This document shows positions 1-8,196 of a stretch of DNA of 22,701 nucleotides, piece by piece. The translations under genes were made by a program, and so were the position numbers. How positions within the stretch are numbered: the stretch's first letter is position 1; each line of letters begins with the position of its first letter. The stretch is from an uncultured virus (IMG/VR IMGVR_UViG_2061766007_000832) (Duplodnaviria > Heunggongvirae > Uroviricota > Caudoviricetes), in the IMG/VR virus record IMGVR_UViG_2061766007_000832; one strand, 5' to 3'. A model generated the notes under the pieces. The model worked only from the letters and a program-made list of their open reading frames with translations. It was not told the DNA's origin and did no database searches.

Positions 1-918
1 GGCAACAACATCACGTATGATTTCCTCCTGCTCTGATAACCAACAGTGCTGTGCCCTGTACCGCATCATATCTACCAGCTGTGCTTCATTCCTTGCAGTA
101 AGTGAGCAGTACTCATGCGGATACTCATAGTACATGCCACGGGTTTCAGTGTAGCCACGCTCTTTCTCAAACAGTACTACAGGTTTGTCGAGAAGGTAAG
201 CATCGAACATGATTGAGGAGTAGTCTGTGATAACAACGTCTGCATCGTAGAGGTATGGGGTGGTAGGTTCTGTGGCTGAGATAACTGCAATGTGCTTGTA
301 AGGCATAGTGTACAGATTCATAAAACTGTTTAAGTCACCATGATCTGCTTCCCACGGGTGAACCTTGACTGCCAGGACCTCATTATCAGTGAGGTTGTCA
401 TCGATCAGCTTCCAGTTAATATTAGGATACGGTGTTTCTCCACTATCCCTGAATGTCGGAACAAATAGGTACGCAACTTTGTTTGCAAGCGTTGTGTTTC
501 CGTCGCCTTTCTTTTTCCCAATGTACTGATCAGTGCGGGGAAATCCGAGGGAAAGAATGTTATCAAGCGATACGCCTGTGCATCTGTTCCACAGCATTTC
601 TGCACCGACACCTGCGGAAATAATATACGTCATTCTCGATGCGAATGTCGGGTGATAGTATGGATGATTTGGCTGGTCGAGACAGATCTTCTTCCCACCC
701 TGTATCCCATGCCAGATCATGATGCACTTGCCTGGGGTGATTGAAGGGATGTCATCAGTCACCATGATGTCATACTTGTCCTGCTCTATGTCAGTGTATA
801 GCTTGTCATCTGTTGACAGCATGTGTACCTTCGGACCCGGGTATGCATCATATATAGCCTTGAGATTTTCTGCTCTCTCAAGAGGACGGAAGCTTACGAA
901 CAGTACAGGCTTAGTCAT
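1..918 (-). CDS. CDP-glycerol glycerophosphotransferase (TagB/TagF family), 3'-truncated by the window edge
   Basis: Not in the ORF track; translated by hand from ATG at 918 (MTKPVLFVSFRPLERAENL...). Open to base 1. Family motifs IWHG..GGKKI, GFPRTD, YLFVPTFR, VKVHP and ADVVITDYSSIMFDAYLLDKPVVLF. Confidence 0.9.
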   Translation of the reverse strand, partial: MTKPVLFVSFRPLERAENLKAIYDAYPGPKVHMLSTDDKLYTDIEQDKYDIMVTDDIPSITPGKCIMIWHGIQGGKKICLDQPNHPYYHPTFASRMTYIISAGVGAEMLWNRCTGVSLDNILSLGFPRTDQYIGKKKGDGNTTLANKVAYLFVPTFRDSGETPYPNINWKLIDDNLTDNEVLAVKVHPWEADHGDLNSFMNLYTMPYKHIAVISATEPTTPYLYDADVVITDYSSIMFDAYLLDKPVVLFEKERGYTETRGMYYEYPHEYCSLTARNEAQLVDMMRYRAQHCWLSEQEEIIRDVVA

Positions 919-1270
919 CAGCTTCCACTTCCTTCTTTTCGAGCAGTCCGTACTCTTCCATGACAATTCTGTTGGCCCTGCGGATTACGATCCATATGAC
1001 GTTGGTCGGGATGTTCTTCTTCAGGGAGTAGTCTTCCACTGCGTACTGATCGTCACCCCAACGGGTATTGAAGTACATCCTCAGGATATCCTGATCATTC
1101 TGAATGAACCTGTGGGTGAATATGTGGTTACAGATCGCATAGTTGTTTCTCTTTACAACAGAAAGCTTTTCCCATTCATAGCCAGGTTTGTCCACACCTT
1201 CCCGAATCAGTGCGAAGTACGTACGCCATAGGTGATTGGCTGCACTCCTCCACCATTCGACTGTTTTCAT
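911..1270 (-). CDS. Hypothetical phage protein (119 aa)
   Basis: ORF overlaps both neighbours (ATGA coupling at 1267-1270), with an upstream GGAAGGTG RBS. Confidence 0.75.
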   Translation of the reverse strand: MKTVEWWRSAANHLWRTYFALIREGVDKPGYEWEKLSVVKRNNYAICNHIFTHRFIQNDQDILRMYFNTRWGDDQYAVEDYSLKKNIPTNVIWIVIRRANRIVMEEYGLLEKKEVEADD

Positions 1271-1446
1271 TCGCTTTCACCACCTTCCATCATGATCGCA
1301 ATCCGTTCATCAAATTCCTCGAGCCTGTCCGCAGCCTGGCGTACTGCTTCGATTCTGTCCTTTGTCAGCATCCCGCCGGCGGAAGCCATCAGACGCAGAC
1401 GGCGGATTAACTCGTTTGTATTGATTTGTGGTTTTACTTTGCTCAA
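1267..1446 (-). CDS. Hypothetical phage protein (~59 aa, probable TTG start)
   Basis: MSKVKPQINTNELIRRLRLMAS...; GAAAGGTGG upstream of TTG at 1446; fills the gap between two genes. Confidence 0.6.
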   Translation of the reverse strand: MSKVKPQINTNELIRRLRLMASAGGMLTKDRIEAVRQAADRLEEFDERIAIMMEGGESE

Positions 1447-1450
1447 TGTT

Positions 1451-2134
1451 TCATTCCACCTTTCTGATGTTTGTTTTATCGAACACAGCTGTACCGATGT
1501 GTCCAAGGTATATTGACGGGTCGCACAGAATCTTCTTGCCAAGTTGTTTTACCCTGTAGCAGAATGACATATCCTCGCTGGCCCACGGATATGGGCTGAA
1601 TGCAGGTCCGAACTTATCCCACACCTCCTTGAGCAGAGGCACTGATGTGAGTACGCATCCGAATCCGCAGCCTTCCACGTCGAATAAGGTGTCTGGTATA
1701 TCTGTCGTGGTTTGGATCTTCTTCTGCACCTGCCCGTCTTTCAGTTCCGGTTCCGAAATCGTTTTGTACAGCACAGGTGTGTGCGGTTCTTTGCGCATGT
1801 AGTAGACTCCGGTGAGCATGTCGTATGCTTGTGCTTCTGTGCAGAACTTTCCCTTCACAGTATGAAGCGATGATCTGAGAGTGTTCAGCATACTTGCGAG
1901 CGTGTCAGGGTTGAACACCATGTCACTGTCCAGCCACAGGACGTAATCGAAGTCCTGCTCGATTGCTGTCAGTGACAGTAAGTTACGAGCGTCATAGATC
2001 AGCGAGTTTGTCATCGGGCACAGGCGAATCTCATCTTTCATAAATTTCTGTGAATACGTAAGCATTTCAATCAGTGATAACCCAAACTGAACAGGCCATG
2101 TGTCCATACAAGGTATTGCTACGAGGATTTTCAT
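1451..2134 (-). CDS. GT-A fold glycosyltransferase (GT2-like)
   Basis: KILVAIP start, IYDARN, DYVLWLDSD (DxD), GCGFGCVL, SEDMSFC and LGHIG motifs; GAAAGGAG RBS. Confidence 0.85.
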   Translation of the reverse strand: MKILVAIPCMDTWPVQFGLSLIEMLTYSQKFMKDEIRLCPMTNSLIYDARNLLSLTAIEQDFDYVLWLDSDMVFNPDTLASMLNTLRSSLHTVKGKFCTEAQAYDMLTGVYYMRKEPHTPVLYKTISEPELKDGQVQKKIQTTTDIPDTLFDVEGCGFGCVLTSVPLLKEVWDKFGPAFSPYPWASEDMSFCYRVKQLGKKILCDPSIYLGHIGTAVFDKTNIRKVE

Positions 2135-2156
2135 ATTTGTCTCCTTTCATACGATC

Positions 2157-2446
2157 TGTATACGGTCGTATACGGTGGTGTTTTCCGACCGTATACACAA
2201 AGAAGTGAGGAAAATCAACGCTTTGAGGTATGCTGTATACGGTGTATACGGTGTATACGGTGGTAAAATACGTTTACGCGCGCGTAACGCTTGAGTGTTT
2301 TTACTGAAATTAATCGTTTTTTACGTCTTTTATATATGTGTATGTTCCAACACCGTATACACCGTATACGCACCCTGCAACCGTTGATTTATAAGGCGTT
2401 GAGGGCGTATACGGTGCTGATACCCCACCGTATACACCGTATACAG
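2157..2446. repeat. Iteron array / putative replication origin
   Basis: 11 GTATAC-cored repeats (GTATACGG/CCGTATAC) in two ~100 bp inverted arms around an AT-rich core. Lies directly downstream of the DUF927 helicase. Confidence 0.8.
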
Positions 2447-2451
2447 GAGTG

Positions 2452-4365
2452 TCAGAACGGCAGATCCGGAACATTAACAGCGACGTAATCACGATAGGCA
2501 TCCTGCTCTGTTTTCTCCTCCTCTTCCGGAAGCTTCAGCACAACATGCTGTACAGGCTTCCCATTCACTCGTACTTGTAATGTGAGCTTGTTGTTCTTGT
2601 TTCCAGGTCCGTAATACTTATGCTTAAGAATCTCTTTTCGTTTTGCCCAGTCAAGAAATGCTCCGGACGAGAAGCCTTTCTGTTTTAACTGCTCGTCAAA
2701 AATGGACTTGTTGATATACACATATCCATCTTCATACTTGCCCCACACCTCGCCGTTTGCGGAGTCTACTGAGTCAAATCGACGGGGATTGGCAGCGCAG
2801 AACTCGATCAGCCATTGATAGCACCGGAGGTTTACATCTGTTTCAGATCTGCTCGCAAGGTAAGGCTTAATGTCATCAATCGTCAACGCACGGTCATCTT
2901 TAAAGATAGCTTTGGTTGCGATAATGTCTGCAACAATCAGAAGCGCAGCCGACATAACCTGTTTGTCCTGTATGTCACACTTGATCAGTTCCCCGTATAC
3001 TTTTTTGTACAGAGCCTTGACAGCATCCATTGTTCCTTCTTTTTGCAGGGCCTTAATGTACTTCGGACCGATGTGCCCGTAGTTTTCTTTCAGGGTGTTT
3101 GCAACGTCACGGGCATTCTCAAACAGCGGTATGCCACCATAGTTTACGTCAATGGTTCTTGCGACAGCGCCACCTCCGGAGTTGCCTTGGATGATTGGCA
3201 TTTCTCCGTTTGTGATAATGCATGTAAGCCATCGCTTCTGAATCTGAAGCCCGCCTTCTTTTGCGCCACGCCCCTTGCTTGCACCCTCAGTCAGCATATA
3301 GATAAGATCGTCATATTGTTTCCTGTCAGCTATTACCTGAAGCTCATCAAACTGAACCGGAAGGTTGCAACAGAACGCAGCGTATAACTCCATACTTACC
3401 TTTGTGCCGGAGAATGTCTTAATGTATCTTCCGATTTCGGGGTTAGCGTACACGGACGCAGCCAGCATGGAAGCAACACTCTTTCCGCAACCTGTATCGC
3501 CCCAGAAATGCACAAAGAAATTAAGACAACCCAACGGCTGAACCAATGGCGCTGCAAATGCCGCCGCCAATGCTATTCTTGCCGGCACAGAGCTTCCGGA
3601 GCGTACTTCCTTCGCAAGGTTAAGCCACACTTCCTCGCTTCCGTACGGTGCAATCTGGTTGTATATGTTCTGAAGCTCTGTACTCTCACCATCGTAGTTT
3701 ACGTCCTTAACGTATGGCATGAACTGCCCGTCTTCCAGCCAACCCATGTGCGATACAGAGTTTTGTTTCGGCAGGTTATCGTAGTTGATGCTTTCGATAA
3801 TACCGAGGAATTTTACAACCTCTTTGGCATTTTCACTGTTAACGTGTATGCCCTGTCTTGCAAGCCCTATGATTTTCTGCGCTGAAGCCAGCTGCTCACG
3901 TGTTACGGTGATGGTTTTCCATGGATCCTTGCCCCTTCGGTACGCAATCTCAAGCTTTTCCTCGTAGGTTTCGATATTAGTTACACGCTTAACGGGCAGT
4001 ATCGGATGTGATATAACCGTTACATCCTGCCCCATTTCATTGACGTAATTTACGCCGTAATCGTCGCACATATACTTGCCGGACTTAAGTTGGACAGGCT
4101 GTTTTGTGTAAGCTGTATCGTAATCGCCGAGGATGGTAACCTTCGGGCTTTTTGATTCAAGATATGCTTTCCAATAATCATTAAACTCAGAAAATTTCAG
4201 GGACTTGGCTATGTTTTTCATTGCTGTCTTGGTCTGTTGCCGCATGAACTTATCCGTCTGAGAATAGATCCATTCATACGGTTCCAGTCCCATAAAGTCT
4301 TCATACTTCCACTCTTCAGGTGGTTTCTTTGTGAGTGGAATTACTGTGGAGATACTTGTATCCAC
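2452..4365 (-). CDS. DUF927-domain replicative helicase (P-loop NTPase)
   Basis: 637 aa; Walker A HFWGDTGCGKS, Walker B PVQFDELQ, GASKGRG and ITNGE motifs; N-terminal ISHPILP...EKLEIAY typical of DUF927. Confidence 0.9.
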   Translation of the reverse strand: MDTSISTVIPLTKKPPEEWKYEDFMGLEPYEWIYSQTDKFMRQQTKTAMKNIAKSLKFSEFNDYWKAYLESKSPKVTILGDYDTAYTKQPVQLKSGKYMCDDYGVNYVNEMGQDVTVISHPILPVKRVTNIETYEEKLEIAYRRGKDPWKTITVTREQLASAQKIIGLARQGIHVNSENAKEVVKFLGIIESINYDNLPKQNSVSHMGWLEDGQFMPYVKDVNYDGESTELQNIYNQIAPYGSEEVWLNLAKEVRSGSSVPARIALAAAFAAPLVQPLGCLNFFVHFWGDTGCGKSVASMLAASVYANPEIGRYIKTFSGTKVSMELYAAFCCNLPVQFDELQVIADRKQYDDLIYMLTEGASKGRGAKEGGLQIQKRWLTCIITNGEMPIIQGNSGGGAVARTIDVNYGGIPLFENARDVANTLKENYGHIGPKYIKALQKEGTMDAVKALYKKVYGELIKCDIQDKQVMSAALLIVADIIATKAIFKDDRALTIDDIKPYLASRSETDVNLRCYQWLIEFCAANPRRFDSVDSANGEVWGKYEDGYVYINKSIFDEQLKQKGFSSGAFLDWAKRKEILKHKYYGPGNKNNKLTLQVRVNGKPVQHVVLKLPEEEEKTEQDAYRDYVAVNVPDLPF

Positions 4366-4383
4366 GAAGCAATCACACTCCTT

Positions 4384-4683
4384 TTATGTGTCGTGATAGT
4401 ATGATCCTTTAGGTATTCCGTAGCATGTGCCGAACTTTCTTGCACACTCGTCATACACTTCTTGCGGAAACCTGCATGCTTCTGCTCCCTGTTTGAGCAG
4501 CATCTGTCTGTAACGGTAATAAGTAGGATGCCCAGGGCGATCACCGTATGCGCCGATACTGCGACAGAACCATGCAAACATGATCCAGTCAGCTGCTTGC
4601 ACACGATCATCAAGGCTTAACATTTCGTCCTTTACTTTGGGCCAGTTTTCTGCCTTGAGTTGTTCTCGTTCTTCATATGTCAT
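4384..4683 (-). CDS. Hypothetical phage protein (99 aa)
   Basis: ATG at 4683 with an AGGGAGG RBS, downstream of a sigma70-like promoter. Confidence 0.7.
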   Translation of the reverse strand: MTYEEREQLKAENWPKVKDEMLSLDDRVQAADWIMFAWFCRSIGAYGDRPGHPTYYRYRQMLLKQGAEACRFPQEVYDECARKFGTCYGIPKGSYYHDT

Positions 4684-4734
4684 TAGAAATTTATCCTCCC
4701 TTGCACAAGGTCTAAGCAACTACATCATAAAGAT

Positions 4735-4763
4735 ATTGTACTACTTTTCAGAGTAGAATACAA
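4735..4763 (-). promoter_or_regulatory. Sigma70/sigmaA-type promoter with overlapping 17-bp operator-like site
   Basis: TTGTAT-N17-TACAAT; TACT-N9-AGTA at 4739-4755. Confidence 0.65.
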
Positions 4764-4773
4764 CAAATAAAAA

Positions 4774-5073
4774 TCAGTATCCGTGGAAAGTAATGCCAAC
4801 TTCTATCTTGTTTTCCCGCACAACTGCCAAAGGAGTGAACGTAATATCTGTTACAAGCGAGGAGTCGTACCCCATGGTTATACTTCCAAGGGTCGGGACT
4901 GCTTTCATTGTGACAACACCATTACATCCTGGCAACCGGAGACTGAGGACGCACGGTGTTCCGGATTCAAGATCTACGCTGGTAAAGTCCAGATATGTAG
5001 TCCCGCAGAACGGACACTTAATGGCATCAGGATCCTTGCCGTGTCCGCAGTTAATGCAGTTAGTTTTGCTCAC
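4774..5073 (-). CDS. Zinc-ribbon protein (99 aa)
   Basis: CINCG...CPFCG; GAGGTGG RBS and GTG start. Confidence 0.75.
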   Translation of the reverse strand: MSKTNCINCGHGKDPDAIKCPFCGTTYLDFTSVDLESGTPCVLSLRLPGCNGVVTMKAVPTLGSITMGYDSSLVTDITFTPLAVVRENKIEVGITFHGY

Positions 5074-5076
5074 AGT

Positions 5077-5370
5077 TTACCACCTCACTTTTTCAAAGTG
5101 CGTTGCTTTGCCGAGAAACTTTTTATATACGTTTGGAAGTGTCGGTTTCTGCGCCCAGCATTTAATCTTTGTTGACCATCCAAGAGAACAATAATTAGCA
5201 ATCATTATTCCCCATATCGCATCCGGATCACCATTATGATCAGGTATGTATTGTTTTAATCCAAGCACAAGGTAATCACCGCTTCTTGGAGGATTATCTG
5301 TACGTGGATGCCATTCAATAATTGGAAACCAATTTGTGGCTTCATAAAACAGATTCTTATGTTCTGTCAT
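5077..5370 (-). CDS. Hypothetical phage protein, DUF551-like
   Basis: EWHPRTDNPPRSGDYLV...IKCWAQKP pattern. Confidence 0.6.
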   Translation of the reverse strand: MTEHKNLFYEATNWFPIIEWHPRTDNPPRSGDYLVLGLKQYIPDHNGDPDAIWGIMIANYCSLGWSTKIKCWAQKPTLPNVYKKFLGKATHFEKVRW

Positions 5371-5472
5371 GCGTTATTTTTCATCCTTTCAAATAAGATC
5401 AATTGTTGAAGCGTATTCATATCCCTGTCATACATTTCACGGAAACGCTCATCTATTTTTTTATCAAAGCCT

Positions 5473-5913
5473 TTAGTATGCTCCTTCCTCCACATACTGC
5501 CAGCTTTGCGGTGCTTTTTTCAGTCCAAATTTAGACAGTGACTTTGGCTCATCATAAGCAATAGGATTCTCCAAAGCCATGAAAGAAAGATTCTTGTTCG
5601 TGCCGGCGTATTCATATAGTTCCTTTGGTGATAAACAACTGCCACAAGGCGCATTCCGGAACGGAGGATTAACCTCGGTAATGCTTACGCACGTTGCTTC
5701 ACCGCAGACCATGCCGTTTCTCCGATAATGCCATATGCTTCCGGCTTTGTAGACACCCTTAGTAAACGAGACATCACCTTTTGTGCAATATAAATACACC
5801 TTAAATGGTGTCTGAAGAAGCGGTGCCCGTTTCCGCACTTCCTTTGTTTTGGCTCCACAAAGAATCATGTTTAACCATTTAGGATTCAGGCTCATCAGTA
5901 CTGCTTTGCTCAT
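5473..5913 (-). CDS. ASCH/PUA-like domain protein
   Basis: KAVLMSLNPKW...GAKTKEVRK (GxKxxExR), VYLYCT and APQSWQYV motifs. Confidence 0.85.
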   Translation of the reverse strand: MSKAVLMSLNPKWLNMILCGAKTKEVRKRAPLLQTPFKVYLYCTKGDVSFTKGVYKAGSIWHYRRNGMVCGEATCVSITEVNPPFRNAPCGSCLSPKELYEYAGTNKNLSFMALENPIAYDEPKSLSKFGLKKAPQSWQYVEEGAY

Positions 5914-6146
5914 ATTTCCATCCTTATCTGCCCATACGTTGGCTCTTCTTTTTGTTCTTTTCTCGGTCGATACATTTTCCCAGTCTCCACATCTCCGAGC
6001 GGAGAGAGGTTAAAATTGGGACAGTGGTTTGGTCTGTTAATTTGTTCTCGTGTCCAGTGCGGTTGCTTTCCTTCCGGATGGTCGCTGCACCGGAAATCAT
6101 CGGCTTCAAAGCAATGGGAACAATACCTGCAATATTGTTTCATCAT
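5910..6146 (-). CDS. Cys-rich hypothetical phage protein (78 aa)
   Basis: KQYCRYCSHC...RPNHC; ATGA-coupled on both sides. Confidence 0.75.
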   Translation of the reverse strand: MMKQYCRYCSHCFEADDFRCSDHPEGKQPHWTREQINRPNHCPNFNLSPLGDVETGKMYRPRKEQKEEPTYGQIRMEI

Positions 6147-6445
6147 ATACCAGACTTTAGTCTGTTCCTCCTTCTCTTTTCCTTCATGCGCTTCTCATGC
6201 CGGATATACCGTCTGGCTGCCGGCGTATCTTTCCCTGTCATTACATCCATGATCCCTTTGTTTATCTTGGCTTGAATGGTAAAAGAAAATTCGTTTGCTC
6301 TTTTGAGGTCTGCATACATTCCATCCTGGTCGTAATCTATGTCACATGGTTCCTCAACAACTTTTGTTATTGGAATAAAATAATCCGGCATAATTAAAGG
6401 CCCGATCACACCAATATGTAATCGTTCATGATAATCTTCTATCAT
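6143..6445 (-). CDS. Hypothetical phage protein (100 aa)
   Basis: AAAGGAG RBS; basic C-terminus. Confidence 0.7.
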   Translation of the reverse strand: MIEDYHERLHIGVIGPLIMPDYFIPITKVVEEPCDIDYDQDGMYADLKRANEFSFTIQAKINKGIMDVMTGKDTPAARRYIRHEKRMKEKRRRNRLKSGI

Positions 6446-6459
6446 ATCAATCTCCTTTA

Positions 6460-6488
6460 TTGCATATCACTTCATTATGTGATATAAT
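6460..6488 (+). promoter_or_regulatory. Plus-strand sigma70/sigmaA promoter with extended -10 and internal inverted repeat
   Basis: TTGCAT(6460-6465)-N17-TATAAT(6483-6488) with TG at the extended -10 position; ATATCAC-N8-GTGATAT at 6464-6485. Confidence 0.7.
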
Positions 6489-6494
6489 AACTAC

Positions 6495-6583
6495 AACAAG
6501 CAATTGCTTGTTAAATGTACCTTGACAATTTCAGGGTTACGTCGCATGCTGCGGGCCGTATCGGCACCGCAGCTTAATTTTTT
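6495..6583 (+). ncRNA. Candidate small RNA (~90 nt, three hairpins)
   Basis: Lies between a consensus promoter and an intrinsic terminator, with no ORF. Hairpins AACAAGC/GCTTGTT, ACCTTGA/TCAGGGT and the terminator stem. Confidence 0.55.
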
Positions 6584-6584
6584 T
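6548..6584 (+). terminator. Intrinsic terminator
   Basis: GCTGCGG...CCGCAGC stem with an inner GCCG/CGGC stem, followed by TTAATTTTTTT on the plus strand. Confidence 0.7.
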
Positions 6585-6807
6585 CGATCATGTTCCTGAT
6601 CATCCTGTCAAATCCGTCAGACTTTACCCTGTACTTGTTCCGTTCAGCAGACAGATACTGAAGCAGGTGCTTGCGTACTTCCTTCTCAGGATAATCATTC
6701 GTCCGCTCCCGGGTCTGCACTGGAAACACATGCGCTGAAGCTTTAACTACAATGTTGTATGGAATATCATACTTCTCAGCTATCGCTTTCAGAGTCACAA
6801 TACTCAC
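6574..6807 (-). CDS. Hypothetical protein, possible HTH (77 aa)
   Basis: VTLKAIAEKYDIPYNIV resembles an HTH; GTGA overlap with the upstream gene. Confidence 0.65.
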   Translation of the reverse strand: MSIVTLKAIAEKYDIPYNIVVKASAHVFPVQTRERTNDYPEKEVRKHLLQYLSAERNKYRVKSDGFDRMIRNMIEKN

Positions 6808-7241
6808 CTCTTGTTGATCCGGTCATACATTACAATACTTCCGGCTACCGATACATTCATGCATGCATCCCCTGGAAGCTGGACGATTCCCTGACATTCA
6901 TCGAGAATTCTTTTCGGAATGCCATGGTCTTCAGCACCAAGCAGATAAATGCACCGTTCCGGATGAGCAAAGTACTTGATCGGCTCACTGTTTTCGTCAA
7001 GTTCAATGGCAACAACTGGACAGTTATACGGGATATGTTTCTTAAAGTCTTCCCAGCTTTCAAAATTGAACAGCGGAATATGCCGTGGTGTTTGCATAGT
7101 GTCGGATGATTGTTTCTTGTACCGCTTACCGATTGTGAATATAAAGTCAGCGCCCATAATATTTGCGCTGCGCCACAGTGTTCCGATGTTCTCCTCAGTC
7201 TTTCCGTGGAACACGCCGATCCCAAAATATCCTCTCTTCAT
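6804..7241 (-). CDS. SPOUT-family (SpoU/TrmH-like) RNA 2'-O-methyltransferase
   Basis: Motif 1 ENIGTLWRSA, motif 2 YLLGAEDHGI, motif 3 VQLPG..CMNVSVAGSIVMYD. Confidence 0.9.
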   Translation of the reverse strand: MKRGYFGIGVFHGKTEENIGTLWRSANIMGADFIFTIGKRYKKQSSDTMQTPRHIPLFNFESWEDFKKHIPYNCPVVAIELDENSEPIKYFAHPERCIYLLGAEDHGIPKRILDECQGIVQLPGDACMNVSVAGSIVMYDRINKR

Positions 7242-7244
7242 TGG

Positions 7245-7571
7245 TTACCTCTTCTTTCTGATAATGTACTTTCCTTTTTTGGTAATCCATGCTTTGCTTT
7301 TCCTATCATAAGAAAGCGTTTCGTGCGCAATGCTGTCACGAAGCTTCGATCCGGAGCTTGTCTTAATGTATCTATCTGTCTCTGAATCAAAGATGTCATA
7401 TGACTCACGGCTTAAAATTTGATTCGATGACGTAATGGCGTTTGATCTTGCCACCGTTTGTTTTCTTTCTTCCGGCTCATCCTTCTGCGCTGGTTGCGCT
7501 TGTTGCTTCTGCATTGCAATAGACTTCCTGTACTCACTCATATATGCTTTACTCTTTGCCATGTCTGTCAT
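7245..7571 (-). CDS. Hypothetical phage protein (108 aa)
   Basis: AGGAGG RBS; follows DUF4417. Confidence 0.7.
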   Translation of the reverse strand: MTDMAKSKAYMSEYRKSIAMQKQQAQPAQKDEPEERKQTVARSNAITSSNQILSRESYDIFDSETDRYIKTSSGSKLRDSIAHETLSYDRKSKAWITKKGKYIIRKKR

Positions 7572-8196
7572 ACCTCCTATGCTGGAACGTTTCTATTGGC
7601 ACTATGTTTCCTTCGCACTCGCTTGGAATGGATCCGTAGAACAGAATTGTCTCCGGCTCCAATACTTCAAGCATCTTGTCATACCCACGCATGAACAATA
7701 CCTTGTCCTCTTTGCGTTTCATCATGCCGACACTGCTGATCGCAACTGTTGAACGATACGGTTCTCCGTCAAAGCACCAGCGATAACTGTTCTCGTCTGT
7801 CCAGGTCACCGTTGGATATACCCTGCAACCTATTGACTGCATCCATGCACCGAGCAGATGCTTGCGGTAGTGATTCCATATCTGCACCATAAAGGGCCAG
7901 TCAATATAAGGTGAAAAGTCCGGAGACAGTACAGCATTGAACTGTTTCAGCATGTCAGCGTACTTCTCTTTGTTATTCCACAACCGCTCAAAGTGGTAGT
8001 CATGGATAAAAAAATGTACGCCTTTCTCGTTTCGCTTGTTCCAGCTGGACCCTGCTTCATTGAACGGAATGTATTCTGCCGGCACATATGGTTCCGGTTT
8101 AATGAACGGAATCTGAAACTCGCCTTCAACGTATTCAGGAATAAAGTCTACGTTGTTGGCGAACTGTTCCATGGCGTACTGTCTGCGGTCACTCAT
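7549..8196 (-). CDS. DUF4417 domain protein
   Basis: GVHFFIHDYHFERLW, VLSPDFSPYID, WNHYR, WCFDGEP, VAISSVG and ILFYG motifs. Confidence 0.85.
   Translation of the reverse strand: MSDRRQYAMEQFANNVDFIPEYVEGEFQIPFIKPEPYVPAEYIPFNEAGSSWNKRNEKGVHFFIHDYHFERLWNNKEKYADMLKQFNAVLSPDFSPYIDWPFMVQIWNHYRKHLLGAWMQSIGCRVYPTVTWTDENSYRWCFDGEPYRSTVAISSVGMMKRKEDKVLFMRGYDKMLEVLEPETILFYGSIPSECEGNIVPIETFQHRRYDRHGKE

Noticed and set aside
2157..2446. Repeat cluster as a CRISPR array, and the YGVYGVYG / HRIHRI ORFs over it
   Set aside because: Units are 8-9 bp in both orientations with no unique spacers; the ORFs are translations of the iterons.
6522..6550. TTGACA-N17-CATGCT as a plus-strand promoter
   Set aside because: Its start would fall inside the terminator hairpin; the 6460-6488 promoter is a better match.
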